This document shows positions 35,308-45,445 of a stretch of DNA of 51,874 nt, in pieces. The position numbers and the translations under genes were made by a program. Origin of the DNA: a virus. The stretch spans positions 1 to 51,874 of the IMG/VR virus record IMGVR_UViG_3300045988_065517. The stretch is one strand, 5' to 3'. The stretch's first letter is position 1. Each line of letters opens with the position of its first letter. The notes under the pieces are model-generated. The model ran no database searches, was not told where the DNA came from, and was given only the letters and a program-made list of their open reading frames with translations.

Positions 35308-36894
35308 ATGTTTAGCAAATTAATTGAATGGCTCAAGGAAGCACTGAAAAAAATGGTAGGTTATAAATCCATATCTGATACGATTAATGATGTACAGATA
35401 TATAGTATTAGTGAGGATATGAGGAATGCTATTAATACCTGGAAAGATGTATATAAGGACGAATCACCGTGGTTGGATGAAGAAACTGGCATATACAGTT
35501 TAGGATTAGGAAAAGAAATATGTCAATCACTTCAACAGCAAGTTCTTTCTGAAATGAAAAGCACTATATCCGAACCTGGAAAATCCATACCAACCGATGA
35601 TTCTACAGCAGAGGAAAATATCAACACAAGAGCTACATTCCTAAATAGCCAATATCAAAGAAGATTATTAACTAAATTACCAGCTAAATTAGAGCAGGGA
35701 ATGGCAGTAGGTGGATTTATCATAAAACCGTATGTAGTTAATAATCAGATATACTTTGATTTCTGTAGGCAAGGTGATTTCGTACCTATCGTGTTTGATG
35801 ACGATGATAATATCACAGATATAGCATTCTTCGACCAGTTTACATCAGGTGAATATAGATATACGAAGATTGAAAGACAGACATTTGATGCATCAACTAA
35901 AAGAGTCGTTATAGAAAATAAAGCATTTAAAGTCAAGATAAAGAATGTAGAAGATGAAGAGTCTCAGGATGACGATTTAGGAATTGAAATTCCGTTAGCA
36001 TCAATTAATAAGTGGGCTAATATATCAGAAGAACCAGTTATTATTGAAAATGTTGAAAAGCCACTATTCGGTTTCTATAGAGTACCTTTAGCGAATAACA
36101 TAGATTTAGATAGTCCTTTAGGAATATCCATATTTAGTCCAGCTATTAAGTTGATACATAGGGCAGACGAACAGTTCAGCCGACTTGATTGGGAATATGA
36201 TGGAGGTCAAATGGCTATTGATGTAGATGCAGATGCAGTACATTTTAGTCAGGGCTATTATGGAAGTGTTCCTCAAATGGATAAAGTTAGAGATAGACTA
36301 TATCGTACATTAGACTTAGGTGATGATGATACATACAAGGCATTTACGCCTTCACTTCGTGATGCCAGCTATTTATCTGGATTAAATAGATATTTAATGC
36401 GTGTTGAAGATTTAGTTGGATTATCAAGAGGAGCGTTATCTGAAGTAGAATCAGAAGCCCGAACAGCGACGGAAATGAAAATACTTAAGCAGAGAGCTTA
36501 TATCACTATTCAAAGAAATCAAGAAGCACTTGAGCAGGCTTTGAATGACGCCGTATATGCTATGGATGTATTAACTACCTTATATGAGTTAGCTCCAGAC
36601 GGAATATATACGACTACTACAGATTGGAAAGATAGTATCTTAACCGATACGGACACAGAATTGAGCCAAAAAGTTCAATTATTAGATGCTAATATATTAG
36701 CTAAATATGAAGTCCGTGCTTGGTATACAGGTGAAGATGAAGAAACAGCTAAGGATATGATTGAGGAGATTGAGGATTCAAGCTCTAATAAGATGATGAA
36801 TGACTTATTTAACCAACAGCCTGAAAATCCATTGGAACCTAATGAGGATGAAACAGGAGAAGGTGAACAACCAGATGCTGGTGAGGAAGAGTAG
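35308..36894 (+). CDS. Portal protein
   Basis: 528 aa with an acidic C-terminus, immediately after TerL. SPP1-gp6-like size and position. Confidence 0.75.
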   Translation: MFSKLIEWLKEALKKMVGYKSISDTINDVQIYSISEDMRNAINTWKDVYKDESPWLDEETGIYSLGLGKEICQSLQQQVLSEMKSTISEPGKSIPTDDSTAEENINTRATFLNSQYQRRLLTKLPAKLEQGMAVGGFIIKPYVVNNQIYFDFCRQGDFVPIVFDDDDNITDIAFFDQFTSGEYRYTKIERQTFDASTKRVVIENKAFKVKIKNVEDEESQDDDLGIEIPLASINKWANISEEPVIIENVEKPLFGFYRVPLANNIDLDSPLGISIFSPAIKLIHRADEQFSRLDWEYDGGQMAIDVDADAVHFSQGYYGSVPQMDKVRDRLYRTLDLGDDDTYKAFTPSLRDASYLSGLNRYLMRVEDLVGLSRGALSEVESEARTATEMKILKQRAYITIQRNQEALEQALNDAVYAMDVLTTLYELAPDGIYTTTTDWKDSILTDTDTELSQKVQLLDANILAKYEVRAWYTGEDEETAKDMIEEIEDSSSNKMMNDLFNQQPENPLEPNEDETGEGEQPDAGEEE

Positions 36895-36903
36895 AGGTAA
36901 TAT

Positions 36904-38016
36904 ATGATAAGTAGCACGAGACTGAACCAAATAGCATATAAGATGGCTCAAGCATTCGAGGAAATAAATGACGAATATATTGAATTAATGGCTAAGCACG
37001 TCAAGGATATGGGTAAACTATCTGCTACAGATATGCATAGGTTGGAACAGATGAATAAGATGGATGCTAATATAGCCCATATCAATAAGAAGCTAAGACA
37101 GCGGTGTAATTTAACTGTATTACAACTTGATAAGCTGTACAAAGAAAGTGGATTATCATTATATGATGATATGGATGTGTTCTATTCCGCTAAAGGTGTT
37201 GAGCAAGTTCCATTTGAACAGAATAGACGTATACAAGAGTATATTCAGTCAGTAAATTCACTCACCTATGGAACCTTTGAGAATTTATCACGAACAACTG
37301 CAATATCTGAGAATTATAGAAAAGTGGTTGATAGAAGTGTATATGCAGTTTCCTCAGGAATGGAGAATTATCAGGCAGCCATAAGAAAAGCACTTGTTAA
37401 AGCATCCACAGACGGAATGCGTGTTAAATATGCGAGTGGATATACAAGAAGATTAGATAGTGCTGCTAGAATGAATATATTAAGTGGTGTCAGACAGGTA
37501 AATCTTGGAATAAGACAAATCACAGGAGAACAGTTCGGGGCAGATGGATATGAGATTTCTGCTCACGGACTCTGTGCAGAAGACCATCAACCAATTCAAG
37601 GAAAACAATTCAGCAAGAAAGAATTTGCTAAATTGCAGGCATCTTTAGCAAGACCTATAGGAACATTAAATTGCCAACATACAGCCTATCCTATAGTGCT
37701 AGGAATAAGTCAACCTGCTTATAGTGATTCGGAATTGAAGGATATGTTAGATTATTCCAACGAAAAAATAACGCTTCCTAATGGTAAGATAGTAAGCAGA
37801 TATCAAGCTTCACAAGTGATGCGAAACATAGAAACGAATATTAGATACGCTAAGGATTCCTTTATTGCAGGAAAAGCTAGTGGTGATGATGTTATAGTAA
37901 ATAAGGCTAAAGCTAAAATAAAAAGAAATAAAGAGTTATATTCTAGTATAGCAACTAAAGCTGGATTACAGAAACGAACAGAACGTATGAGAGTACCAGG
38001 ATATACAGGAAGATAA
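36904..38016 (+). CDS. Head morphogenesis / minor capsid protein (SPP1 gp7 / Mu F-like)
   Basis: Position after the portal, 370 aa. Confidence 0.6.
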   Translation: MISSTRLNQIAYKMAQAFEEINDEYIELMAKHVKDMGKLSATDMHRLEQMNKMDANIAHINKKLRQRCNLTVLQLDKLYKESGLSLYDDMDVFYSAKGVEQVPFEQNRRIQEYIQSVNSLTYGTFENLSRTTAISENYRKVVDRSVYAVSSGMENYQAAIRKALVKASTDGMRVKYASGYTRRLDSAARMNILSGVRQVNLGIRQITGEQFGADGYEISAHGLCAEDHQPIQGKQFSKKEFAKLQASLARPIGTLNCQHTAYPIVLGISQPAYSDSELKDMLDYSNEKITLPNGKIVSRYQASQVMRNIETNIRYAKDSFIAGKASGDDVIVNKAKAKIKRNKELYSSIATKAGLQKRTERMRVPGYTGR

Positions 38017-38019
38017 ATA

Positions 38020-38204
38020 TTAATAACTTTTGTTAGTAATGTTAATAACTTTGTTAATAAGTATTTTTATGTTAATAACTTACATAAAATGTTAATAACT
38101 TTTGTTAATTGTGTTAGTAATGTTAATAAGTAAGAATAAACCTATTAACATTACTAACATTTTTATTAACTTATTAACAAATCACTATTTACAAATGTTA
38201 GTAA
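38020..38204. repeat. Array of about 14 copies of GTTA(A/G)TAA in both orientations, including a 17-bp inverted repeat (38112-38128 / 38143-38159)
   Basis: Forward GTTAATAA at 38041, 38053, 38071, 38091 and 38122. GTTAGTAA at 38032, 38113 and 38197. Reverse TTATTAAC at 38163 and 38171. CTATTAAC at 38142. TTACTAAC at 38151. Confidence 0.9.
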
Positions 38205-38213
38205 TTTGTTATA
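38187..38213 (+). promoter_or_regulatory. Candidate promoter of the scaffold/capsid operon (TTTACA-N16-TGtTATAAT)
   Basis: Hexamers read directly. One GTTAGTAA copy lies inside the spacer. Confidence 0.55.
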
Positions 38214-38281
38214 ATAGTAACGTAAATAAAATCCAGAGTGAAGAAAATTCGCTATATAAGATATTTTAGGAGGAAATTAAA

Positions 38282-38926
38282 ATGAAGAATATTTACAGTA
38301 TCTTAGAGAAATTTGGTATCACAATTCCAGAAGACAAAAAAGAAGAGTTTGACAAGTTGGTCTTGGAAAATTATAAGACAATAGCAGAAGTACAGTCTAT
38401 ACAGGATAAGCTGGAAAAAGCGGAATCAGAGCGTGACAATTATCACACTAAATATGATACGGACATCGCTCAACGTGATAAGGATTTAGCTGATTTACAG
38501 AAGAAACTCAAGGATGCAGGCGATAATTCAGATGAATTGGAAACTGTCCGTGGCGAACTTGAAACACTAAAGACTAAATATGGTGATGACAAGAAAGATT
38601 GGGCAGCTCAGCTTAAGAAACAGCAGTATGAATTCGCCGTAAAGCAGAAAGTAGGTGGTATACAATTTACTTCAAATGCGGCTAAAGAAAAATTCATAAC
38701 TGATGTATTAGCACAGGAATTAAAAATGGATGGAGACACACTCCTTGGATTTGACGATTATGTTAATACATATAAGGAAAAAGATGCTGGAGCATTCGTA
38801 GTAAAGGACGACAAAGGTGACCCAAAGCCAAAGCCTTCATTTTCAGGTCCTTCTAATAAAGAAGACCCAGACCAGAAGAAAGGCGAGGAAATTGAAAAAC
38901 CTAAAGAACGTCCATTAATTTGGTAA
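38282..38926 (+). CDS. Scaffolding protein
   Basis: Charged coiled-coil protein directly upstream of the capsid gene. Confidence 0.7.
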   Translation: MKNIYSILEKFGITIPEDKKEEFDKLVLENYKTIAEVQSIQDKLEKAESERDNYHTKYDTDIAQRDKDLADLQKKLKDAGDNSDELETVRGELETLKTKYGDDKKDWAAQLKKQQYEFAVKQKVGGIQFTSNAAKEKFITDVLAQELKMDGDTLLGFDDYVNTYKEKDAGAFVVKDDKGDPKPKPSFSGPSNKEDPDQKKGEEIEKPKERPLIW

Positions 38927-38951
38927 GATTTTTTAAAAAGGAGATTAAGAA

Positions 38952-39833
38952 ATGGCAGAAACAACAAGAATTACATCGTTGAATGTATTATTAGACCCAT
39001 CAGGAAAGATGCTTTTATCTGAAGCCTATGATGGAGTGCTTCAGAATGTTCAGAAAGCTACTATTTCGGGCAAATTGAAGAATACAGACTTATCTGGTGA
39101 CCCTACAGCAGGTACAGTTGAAGCTAAAAGATTCGCAAATGCCACATCGAAGGCATATGGTTCAGCCCGAACAGCAGGAAAAGGTAATTATGTAAAGGGT
39201 AAGGATGTTACAATCCCTATCGACACAGATAGAGAATTCGTAGAAGAGATTGAACAGAAAGACGTTTCACTTTTAGGTGTAGACGGACTTATTGCAAAGC
39301 GTTCAGCTAATCACGCGATGAGAATGGCTGCTGAATTAGACTCAAAATTCTTTGAGGTAGCAGCTACTTCAGGAACTAAATTCACGCCAACTAAAACAGC
39401 TATTCAGGATATAGTTGAAGAGGCTATCGTGACACTTGAAACATTAAAGACAGACTATATTGACGGAATTGATAGAAGTCTTATGTCAATTACATTTGAC
39501 GCTGAAACTTACTCAAAGATGAGAGCTTATCTGGATACAGTAACTAATACTAATGTTGATACGACTAGTGAAGAGTTCTTCACATTCCACGGCGTTAGAT
39601 GCTATAGTTCAGTTAGACTTCCTATCGCTGTTGAGGGTAAAAAGACTACTACTACTAGATTTATCCTTCAGGTAGATGGTTCAGTAGCACAGCCAGTAAG
39701 AAGCACACCTTATGCAGCTGAAAAAATTCCAATGTCAGAAGCATATGCGATTGAATTATTCTTCTACTATGGAACTAAAGCGGTCACACCAGAAACAATT
39801 CTTGTATATAATACAGAAGTAACAGCAAGCTAA
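38952..39833 (+). CDS. Major capsid protein
   Basis: 293 aa, positioned after the scaffold. AAGGAG RBS. Confidence 0.7.
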   Translation: MAETTRITSLNVLLDPSGKMLLSEAYDGVLQNVQKATISGKLKNTDLSGDPTAGTVEAKRFANATSKAYGSARTAGKGNYVKGKDVTIPIDTDREFVEEIEQKDVSLLGVDGLIAKRSANHAMRMAAELDSKFFEVAATSGTKFTPTKTAIQDIVEEAIVTLETLKTDYIDGIDRSLMSITFDAETYSKMRAYLDTVTNTNVDTTSEEFFTFHGVRCYSSVRLPIAVEGKKTTTTRFILQVDGSVAQPVRSTPYAAEKIPMSEAYAIELFFYYGTKAVTPETILVYNTEVTAS

Positions 39834-39853
39834 TGTTAGTGTGAGGTATTAGG

Positions 39854-40006
39854 ATGAAAATTAGATTACAAAGAGGTGGGATTGTTGAAACCGACAATCC
39901 TGATGTAATAGAACAGTTCCTTAAATATGGAGGAGAAGAGATTAAGAAAAAAGCTACAAAGGCACCTAAGAATTCTGTGTCCTCCCAGAGTGATGAGGAA
40001 GCCTAA
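39854..40006 (+). CDS. 50-aa hypothetical protein
   Basis: GTGAGG RBS. MKIRLQRGGIVETDNPDVIEQFLKYGGEEI.... Under 60 aa, so absent from the track. Confidence 0.5.
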   Translation: MKIRLQRGGIVETDNPDVIEQFLKYGGEEIKKKATKAPKNSVSSQSDEEA

Positions 40007-40028
40007 TTAGCTAAAGGGAGGTTATTAG

Positions 40029-40409
40029 ATGGAACATTTATCATATGAAGAATATGTAAGTCTTGGCGGTAAGGTTGATATTGATAGCTTCCCTACTTTA
40101 TTATTGGATTGTGAGATTTACCTTGATAAGATTACAATGAGCAAGATTAATAATACACATTTTACTCCTAGTATTAAGCGTTTAATAGTGAAATGTATAG
40201 AAGTCTTGCAGGAAAATAATGAAGCAGATGCTTCTATTTCAAGTTATTCCGATGGTATTGAAAGTATAAGCTATAATACAGCTGAAATGGGTGAAAAACC
40301 TACAGAATCAAAGATATATAACTTATGCAGACTATATCTTCCACCTGAATTGATGTACAGAGGAAAGCGAGGATGGAAAGATGCAAGGTCCAATAACTAT
40401 TTTAAATAA
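40029..40409 (+). CDS. Head-tail connector (gp6-like)
   Basis: Size and position after the capsid gene. Confidence 0.55.
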   Translation: MEHLSYEEYVSLGGKVDIDSFPTLLLDCEIYLDKITMSKINNTHFTPSIKRLIVKCIEVLQENNEADASISSYSDGIESISYNTAEMGEKPTESKIYNLCRLYLPPELMYRGKRGWKDARSNNYFK

Positions 40410-40791
40410 ACTAAAACACCAAGATTCGGCTACAGGACTTGATGTGTGGTATAAGACCATACTCAAGGATATTAAATATGCTAATACAAAGGTGACAAAT
40501 GTAGTCGGAACTGAAGTTAGTATTGGTCAATCTTTTACAGTTTTAATTCCTTTCACTGGTAAGTATTTGCCTTATTCAGAATGGAAAGATAGTACACAGA
40601 AAGATACGAGATACACAATCAATCAAGGCGATTATATTTTTCTTGGAAAAGAATTAGAAGAGGAAGTCACTCCTAATAATATAATGAAGCTAAAGACTAA
40701 ATATGAACCTAATGTATGCGAAGTTCGTTCAATAGAAGAAGTTCCTCAGAAGTATGGAGTTAAGATTCAACTTAAGATTGCAGGAGTATAG
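40381..40791 (+). CDS. Head closure / head-tail adaptor protein
   Basis: Position in the connector module. Confidence 0.5.
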   Translation: MQGPITILNKLKHQDSATGLDVWYKTILKDIKYANTKVTNVVGTEVSIGQSFTVLIPFTGKYLPYSEWKDSTQKDTRYTINQGDYIFLGKELEEEVTPNNIMKLKTKYEPNVCEVRSIEEVPQKYGVKIQLKIAGV

Positions 40792-40795
40792 CAAT

Positions 40796-41134
40796 ATGGG
40801 AGTTAGATTAGAATTTACTAGGATTCCTAGAAAATTAGATAAGATGTGCAAGAGTGAGAAGATTGGATTATATATGGCACAACAAGCTGAAAGGTTAATG
40901 GCTCCATATGTACCAATGGATACAGGTATGTTGGTTGATAATACCACAGTAGAACCTTTCAGAGTAACTTACAATTCTACTTATGCTCATCACATATATG
41001 AAGGAACCAGTTTAAATTTCAATAAAGAAAAGCATCCACTAGCTACAGCACGATGGGACCGTGCTATGAATATAGCTAAGGCGGGTCAACTTGCTACTGA
41101 GGTGACTAATTTTATTAAGAAGAATGGATATTAA
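40796..41134 (+). CDS. HK97 gp10-like tail-completion / minor capsid protein
   Basis: APYVPMDTGMLVDNT...YAHHIYEG motif. ATG at 40796. Confidence 0.55.
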   Translation: MGVRLEFTRIPRKLDKMCKSEKIGLYMAQQAERLMAPYVPMDTGMLVDNTTVEPFRVTYNSTYAHHIYEGTSLNFNKEKHPLATARWDRAMNIAKAGQLATEVTNFIKKNGY

Positions 41135-41136
41135 GT

Positions 41137-41571
41137 ATGGTTAATAGATATGAGAAGATTTCCAAGTGGTTAAAAGAATATACACCGAGATTCAGGTGGA
41201 TATACTTTAATGTTACTAACAGTGAAGCTGACAATCTTTCACTAAACAGCGTGCAGAATGAAAGGGAGTTAGATAAGTTCATTGATGGTAGTCGACGAGT
41301 GGAATTTTTATTTGCATTAGATTTAGTTAAAGAATATGATACAGGAACAAGCTCAATTAATCTTGAAGCTAATCGTGAATTTGAAACTATTAGCGAATGG
41401 GTTGAGCTAATGAATAAAGAGAAACATTTCCCAGACTTTGGGGAAAATGTGCTTATAGAACAAATAGATGTTCTTGAAACTGTTCCTAGCGTGACAGTTG
41501 ATACTCAGGCAGGTATGGCTAAATATCAAGGGCAGTTCAAGATTACTTATATGGAAATGAAAGGAGAATAA
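41137..41571 (+). CDS. Tail-completion protein
   Basis: Position upstream of the major tail protein. Confidence 0.45.
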   Translation: MVNRYEKISKWLKEYTPRFRWIYFNVTNSEADNLSLNSVQNERELDKFIDGSRRVEFLFALDLVKEYDTGTSSINLEANREFETISEWVELMNKEKHFPDFGENVLIEQIDVLETVPSVTVDTQAGMAKYQGQFKITYMEMKGE

Positions 41572-41572
41572 G

Positions 41573-42085
41573 ATGGCAAACGCAATGAAGAAGCTAACAA
41601 AGGACCAGTTCATTCCATTCCTTGATACTGCCGAAGATAAGACATACAAGGCAAGTGAATGGGCTAGAATTGATTTATCCACGATATTCGAGTTAGCTAT
41701 TAATCCACAATCAGAATCAATGGATTATATATGTTATAAAAATGCAGTGGAAGAAGTTATGAGTAACCAGCCAGAGTTACCTCAGGAGATTGCTTTATAC
41801 GAAGGAAATCCTTTATATGATTATATGGCGGAAAAATTATATAATCTTCCAACAGGTGATGAATGTAAGGTTCCATTCCTTCTTTGCTTTGGTGGAACAA
41901 CTGCTAGAGCTTGGAGAGGCATTTGTACTTTACTGCTTGATAACTTATCCACAACAGATGGTAAATTATCATTCTCAATGAAGATGGGTGGAGATATTGA
42001 GTTAGGTACTTATGCTATTACAGCTGGAAAACCTGTATTCACACCAGCAGAAGCAGCATCAACAAAGAAGTTATCTATGAATTAA
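41573..42085 (+). CDS. Major tail protein
   Basis: 170 aa, positioned before the chaperones and tape measure. Confidence 0.6.
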   Translation: MANAMKKLTKDQFIPFLDTAEDKTYKASEWARIDLSTIFELAINPQSESMDYICYKNAVEEVMSNQPELPQEIALYEGNPLYDYMAEKLYNLPTGDECKVPFLLCFGGTTARAWRGICTLLLDNLSTTDGKLSFSMKMGGDIELGTYAITAGKPVFTPAEAASTKKLSMN

Positions 42086-42108
42086 TACAAATATAAGGAG
42101 GACAAGAT

Positions 42109-42513
42109 ATGTATTCAATAGTATTTAATGGAACAGAGGTGAATCTCCCTAATTATAGCTTTACAACAGCTAATAAAATTGAGGAGATTGAAATAAGCAA
42201 CAACAACGCAGGAAAGAAATTCAAAGATAAATGTAATCTGATGTATAAGTTCGAATCCGAGCTTATTGGGAAGCAACAGTTATCCGAGTTGATTGGAGAT
42301 TTCAATGATTGTGACCCTAATGACATCAATCTTTTATATTTGAAGATTGTGGCAAGCTATCAGCAACCAATAACGGATTATAATAGTGAAGCTACTGAAT
42401 CAAAGATGAATGATGCGAATTTATCAAAATTACTGGAAGTGCTGAATGCTGTATCTAATATTTCCGATAGTGGAATATTAAATGGTGAAAGCAAATTCAC
42501 TGTTGTGAAATAA
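42109..42513 (+). CDS. Tail assembly chaperone
   Basis: Position. Confidence 0.5.
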   Translation: MYSIVFNGTEVNLPNYSFTTANKIEEIEISNNNAGKKFKDKCNLMYKFESELIGKQQLSELIGDFNDCDPNDINLLYLKIVASYQQPITDYNSEATESKMNDANLSKLLEVLNAVSNISDSGILNGESKFTVVK

Positions 42514-43085
42514 TGATAGACCTTAGGAATAAATCCTTACCAGATACCATTACGGTTAATGGTAAGGATTTTTTAATAAAAACAGATTTTCGCTTATGGC
42601 TGAAATTTAGTACAATGATAGAAGAAGAACGACCATTAGCTGATTATTTGTTTTTACTAGAAGATGTGGAAGGGAATATACCATTGGAGAATTTCTTTCC
42701 ACAGTTAATGCAGTTCTATACAAATCCTAATTCTACTCCGAAGAATATTAATAGCACTTCCACGGATAGAATTTTGGATTATATAGAAGATGGAGAATAT
42801 ATTATAGCTTCATTTATGCAAGATTATGGAATAGACTTGACAGAAGTGGATATGCACTGGCACAAATTCAAAGCCTTATTTGCTGGATTGCGTGATGATA
42901 CTAAGATAAAGCAGATAATGTCTATGAGGTCTTATAGGAAAAATAAAAAATCCTATGAAGCACAATGCGAGGAAAATAAAAAAGTTTGGGCTTTACCATA
43001 TCACACACGTCAAGTATCAGCTGATACTATGGATGAAATAAACGAGCTATTCTATAATAGTGTATATCAAGGAACAGAAACATAA
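42513..43085 (+). CDS. Gp15-family tail assembly protein
   Basis: LPDTITVNGKDFLIKTDFRLWLKF, typical of the phage Gp15 family. Located upstream of the tape measure. Confidence 0.55.
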   Translation: MIDLRNKSLPDTITVNGKDFLIKTDFRLWLKFSTMIEEERPLADYLFLLEDVEGNIPLENFFPQLMQFYTNPNSTPKNINSTSTDRILDYIEDGEYIIASFMQDYGIDLTEVDMHWHKFKALFAGLRDDTKIKQIMSMRSYRKNKKSYEAQCEENKKVWALPYHTRQVSADTMDEINELFYNSVYQGTET

Positions 43086-43114
43086 ATAGATAGAAAGAAA
43101 GGAGGAACTGTAAT

Positions 43115-45445
43115 ATGGCAGAAGGAGAAGGCAAGGTTGTAATCGATACCGAACTAGATTCCTCTGGCGCTAAAGATGGTATTAAGGGATTAAGTTCCTC
43201 TATTGCTTCCTCAGCTGGAGGAGCAGTTAAAAGTATAGCAAAAATAGGTACAGCTGCTATGGCAGTAGGTGCAACAGCAACCGCTGCTTTAGTTAAATCG
43301 TCCGTTGACGCTTATGCTTCATATGAACAGCTACGTGGTGGAATTGAGACACTTTTTGGAGCTGGTGGTCAATCAGCTAAAGAATACGCTAAGTCCGTTG
43401 GAAAAAGCACAGATGAAGCAAAAAAAGACTATCAGCAGTTGATGAATGCTCAGAATATAGCCTTGAAGAATGCCGATAAAGCATATAAGACAGCTGGGAT
43501 GTCAGCGAATGATTATATGGAAACTGTGACAAGTTTCGCAGCTTCACTAAAGCAGAGTACAAAGAACGAAACTGAAGCAGCAAAATCAGCCAACCAGATA
43601 GTCATTGATATGTCAGATAATGCCAATAAGATGGGTACTGATATGACGATGATACAGAATGCTTATAATGGGTTCGCTAAGCAGAACTATACGATGCTGG
43701 ATAACTTAAAGCTGGGCTATGGTGGTACCAAGACTGAAATGCAACGATTATTGAAAGACGCCGAAAAGTTATCTGGACAGAAATATGAGTTAGGTAACTT
43801 CAAGGATATGGCAGAAGCTATTCACGTTGTACAGACAGAGATGGGAATCACAGGCACAACAGCAAAAGAAGCTAGTACAACTATTGAAGGTTCAGTAAAC
43901 TCCGCTAAAGCTGCTTGGGAAAATCTTATGGTTGGTCTTGCTGATGATAATGCTGACTTTGATAGTTTAGTTAATAACTTCGTAGATTCAGTAAGCACAG
44001 CAGCTTCAAACATACTTCCTAGAATTGAAACCGCTCTTGGTGGTATTGGTTCACTTGTAGAGAAGCTATTACCTGTTATAGTTGATGCTATACCTGGATT
44101 GATAGAAAATCTATTACCTAGTTTATTATCATCAGGTACAAATATAGTACTTACATTAATACAAGGAATTGCTTCAGCAATACCAGCATTATTGAATGTA
44201 CTTCCAACAATAATAACCCAGATAGGAACAACACTTAAAACTGCAGCTCCACAATTATTTACCTCATTGATGGAAATATTGTCTCAGCTTGGAACTTTCT
44301 TATTAGAAAATATTCCGATACTGATGGATTCACTGGTTACAATGCTAAGTGAAGGTTCAATGCTTGACAGTATGGCAACAATGGCTACAAATCTTATAAC
44401 TAACCTTATAACAGGGTTAACTCAAGCCTTGCCTCAGTTATTGAATGGAGCTATACTTATAGTTACTAACTTATTAAATTTTATAATCCAGCAATTACCA
44501 ACAATAATCCAAATGGGTCTACAGTTAGTGGTAGGATTAGTTAATGGTATACTTCAAGCAATACCTACATTATTGGCGGCATTACCACAGTTAATAAACT
44601 CACTTATAAATGCTTTATTAGATGCTATTCCAATGATTATAGATGCTGGTGTTCAGTTATTAACTTCGCTGGTTGACAATCTACCAGAAATAATTGATAC
44701 TATAGTTGAAGTTATTCCAGAAATTATAACTAATCTAATTAATGCAGTACTTGACCATTTACCAGATATTATAGATGCTGGATTTAAACTTATAACTTCA
44801 CTTGTAGATGCACTGCCAAAAATTATTATAACTATAGTAAAAGCAATACCTAAAATCATTACAGGTATAGTTGGTGCATTAGTTGATGCTATTCCTAAGA
44901 TTATCAGTACTGGTGTTAAACTATTAGGTTCACTTATAACTAATCTACCTAAGATTATTGGTAAGATTATAACTGCAATACCAGATATTATAAAAGCCTT
45001 AGTTGATGGTTTTGGCGACTATTTAAGTGATATGGCTGATATAGGTCTAAACTTAATTAAAGGATTATGGAATGGTATTAAAGATGCAGGTGCTTGGCTA
45101 AGAGATAAGATAAGTGGATTCTTTGGAGGCGTTGTGGATAGTATCAAAGACTTCTTTGGTATTGCTTCACCTTCAAAACTTATGAGAGACCAGATTGGTA
45201 AGTTTATAGCTCAAGGTATATGGGTAGGTTTTGACCAAGAAAATCCAATGGACCAGATTAATGATGAACTTAAGTATGGTATGAAGAAACTTGATACTAC
45301 AATGACTTTAAGTGGTGGGTACTATGATGGTATTGACTATGATAAAATGGGAGAAGCAACTGTTGATGCTTTTGTAAATGCTAATATTGGTGTATCAGTT
45401 GGAAATAGACAGTTTGGAAGATTAGTAAGGGAGGTAACAGTATAA
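43115..45445 (+). CDS. Tape measure protein
   Basis: 776 aa, Ala/Gly/Ile/Leu-rich with internal repeats. Position. Confidence 0.85.
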   Translation: MAEGEGKVVIDTELDSSGAKDGIKGLSSSIASSAGGAVKSIAKIGTAAMAVGATATAALVKSSVDAYASYEQLRGGIETLFGAGGQSAKEYAKSVGKSTDEAKKDYQQLMNAQNIALKNADKAYKTAGMSANDYMETVTSFAASLKQSTKNETEAAKSANQIVIDMSDNANKMGTDMTMIQNAYNGFAKQNYTMLDNLKLGYGGTKTEMQRLLKDAEKLSGQKYELGNFKDMAEAIHVVQTEMGITGTTAKEASTTIEGSVNSAKAAWENLMVGLADDNADFDSLVNNFVDSVSTAASNILPRIETALGGIGSLVEKLLPVIVDAIPGLIENLLPSLLSSGTNIVLTLIQGIASAIPALLNVLPTIITQIGTTLKTAAPQLFTSLMEILSQLGTFLLENIPILMDSLVTMLSEGSMLDSMATMATNLITNLITGLTQALPQLLNGAILIVTNLLNFIIQQLPTIIQMGLQLVVGLVNGILQAIPTLLAALPQLINSLINALLDAIPMIIDAGVQLLTSLVDNLPEIIDTIVEVIPEIITNLINAVLDHLPDIIDAGFKLITSLVDALPKIIITIVKAIPKIITGIVGALVDAIPKIISTGVKLLGSLITNLPKIIGKIITAIPDIIKALVDGFGDYLSDMADIGLNLIKGLWNGIKDAGAWLRDKISGFFGGVVDSIKDFFGIASPSKLMRDQIGKFIAQGIWVGFDQENPMDQINDELKYGMKKLDTTMTLSGGYYDGIDYDKMGEATVDAFVNANIGVSVGNRQFGRLVREVTV
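44624..45019 (+). repeat. 3 x 132-bp (44-aa) tandem repeat inside the tape measure gene
   Basis: The units AIPMIIDAGVQLLTSLVDNLPEII..., HLPDIIDAGFKLITSLVDALPKII... and AIPKIISTGVKLLGSLITNLPKII... start at 44624, 44756 and 44888. Confidence 0.85.

Noticed and set aside
42480-42520. Programmed -1 frameshift between the two tail assembly chaperone ORFs
   Set aside because: There is no slippery heptamer (XXXYYYZ) near the end of 42109-42513. The downstream ORF has its own ATG overlapping the stop (TAATG), so it can be translated independently.
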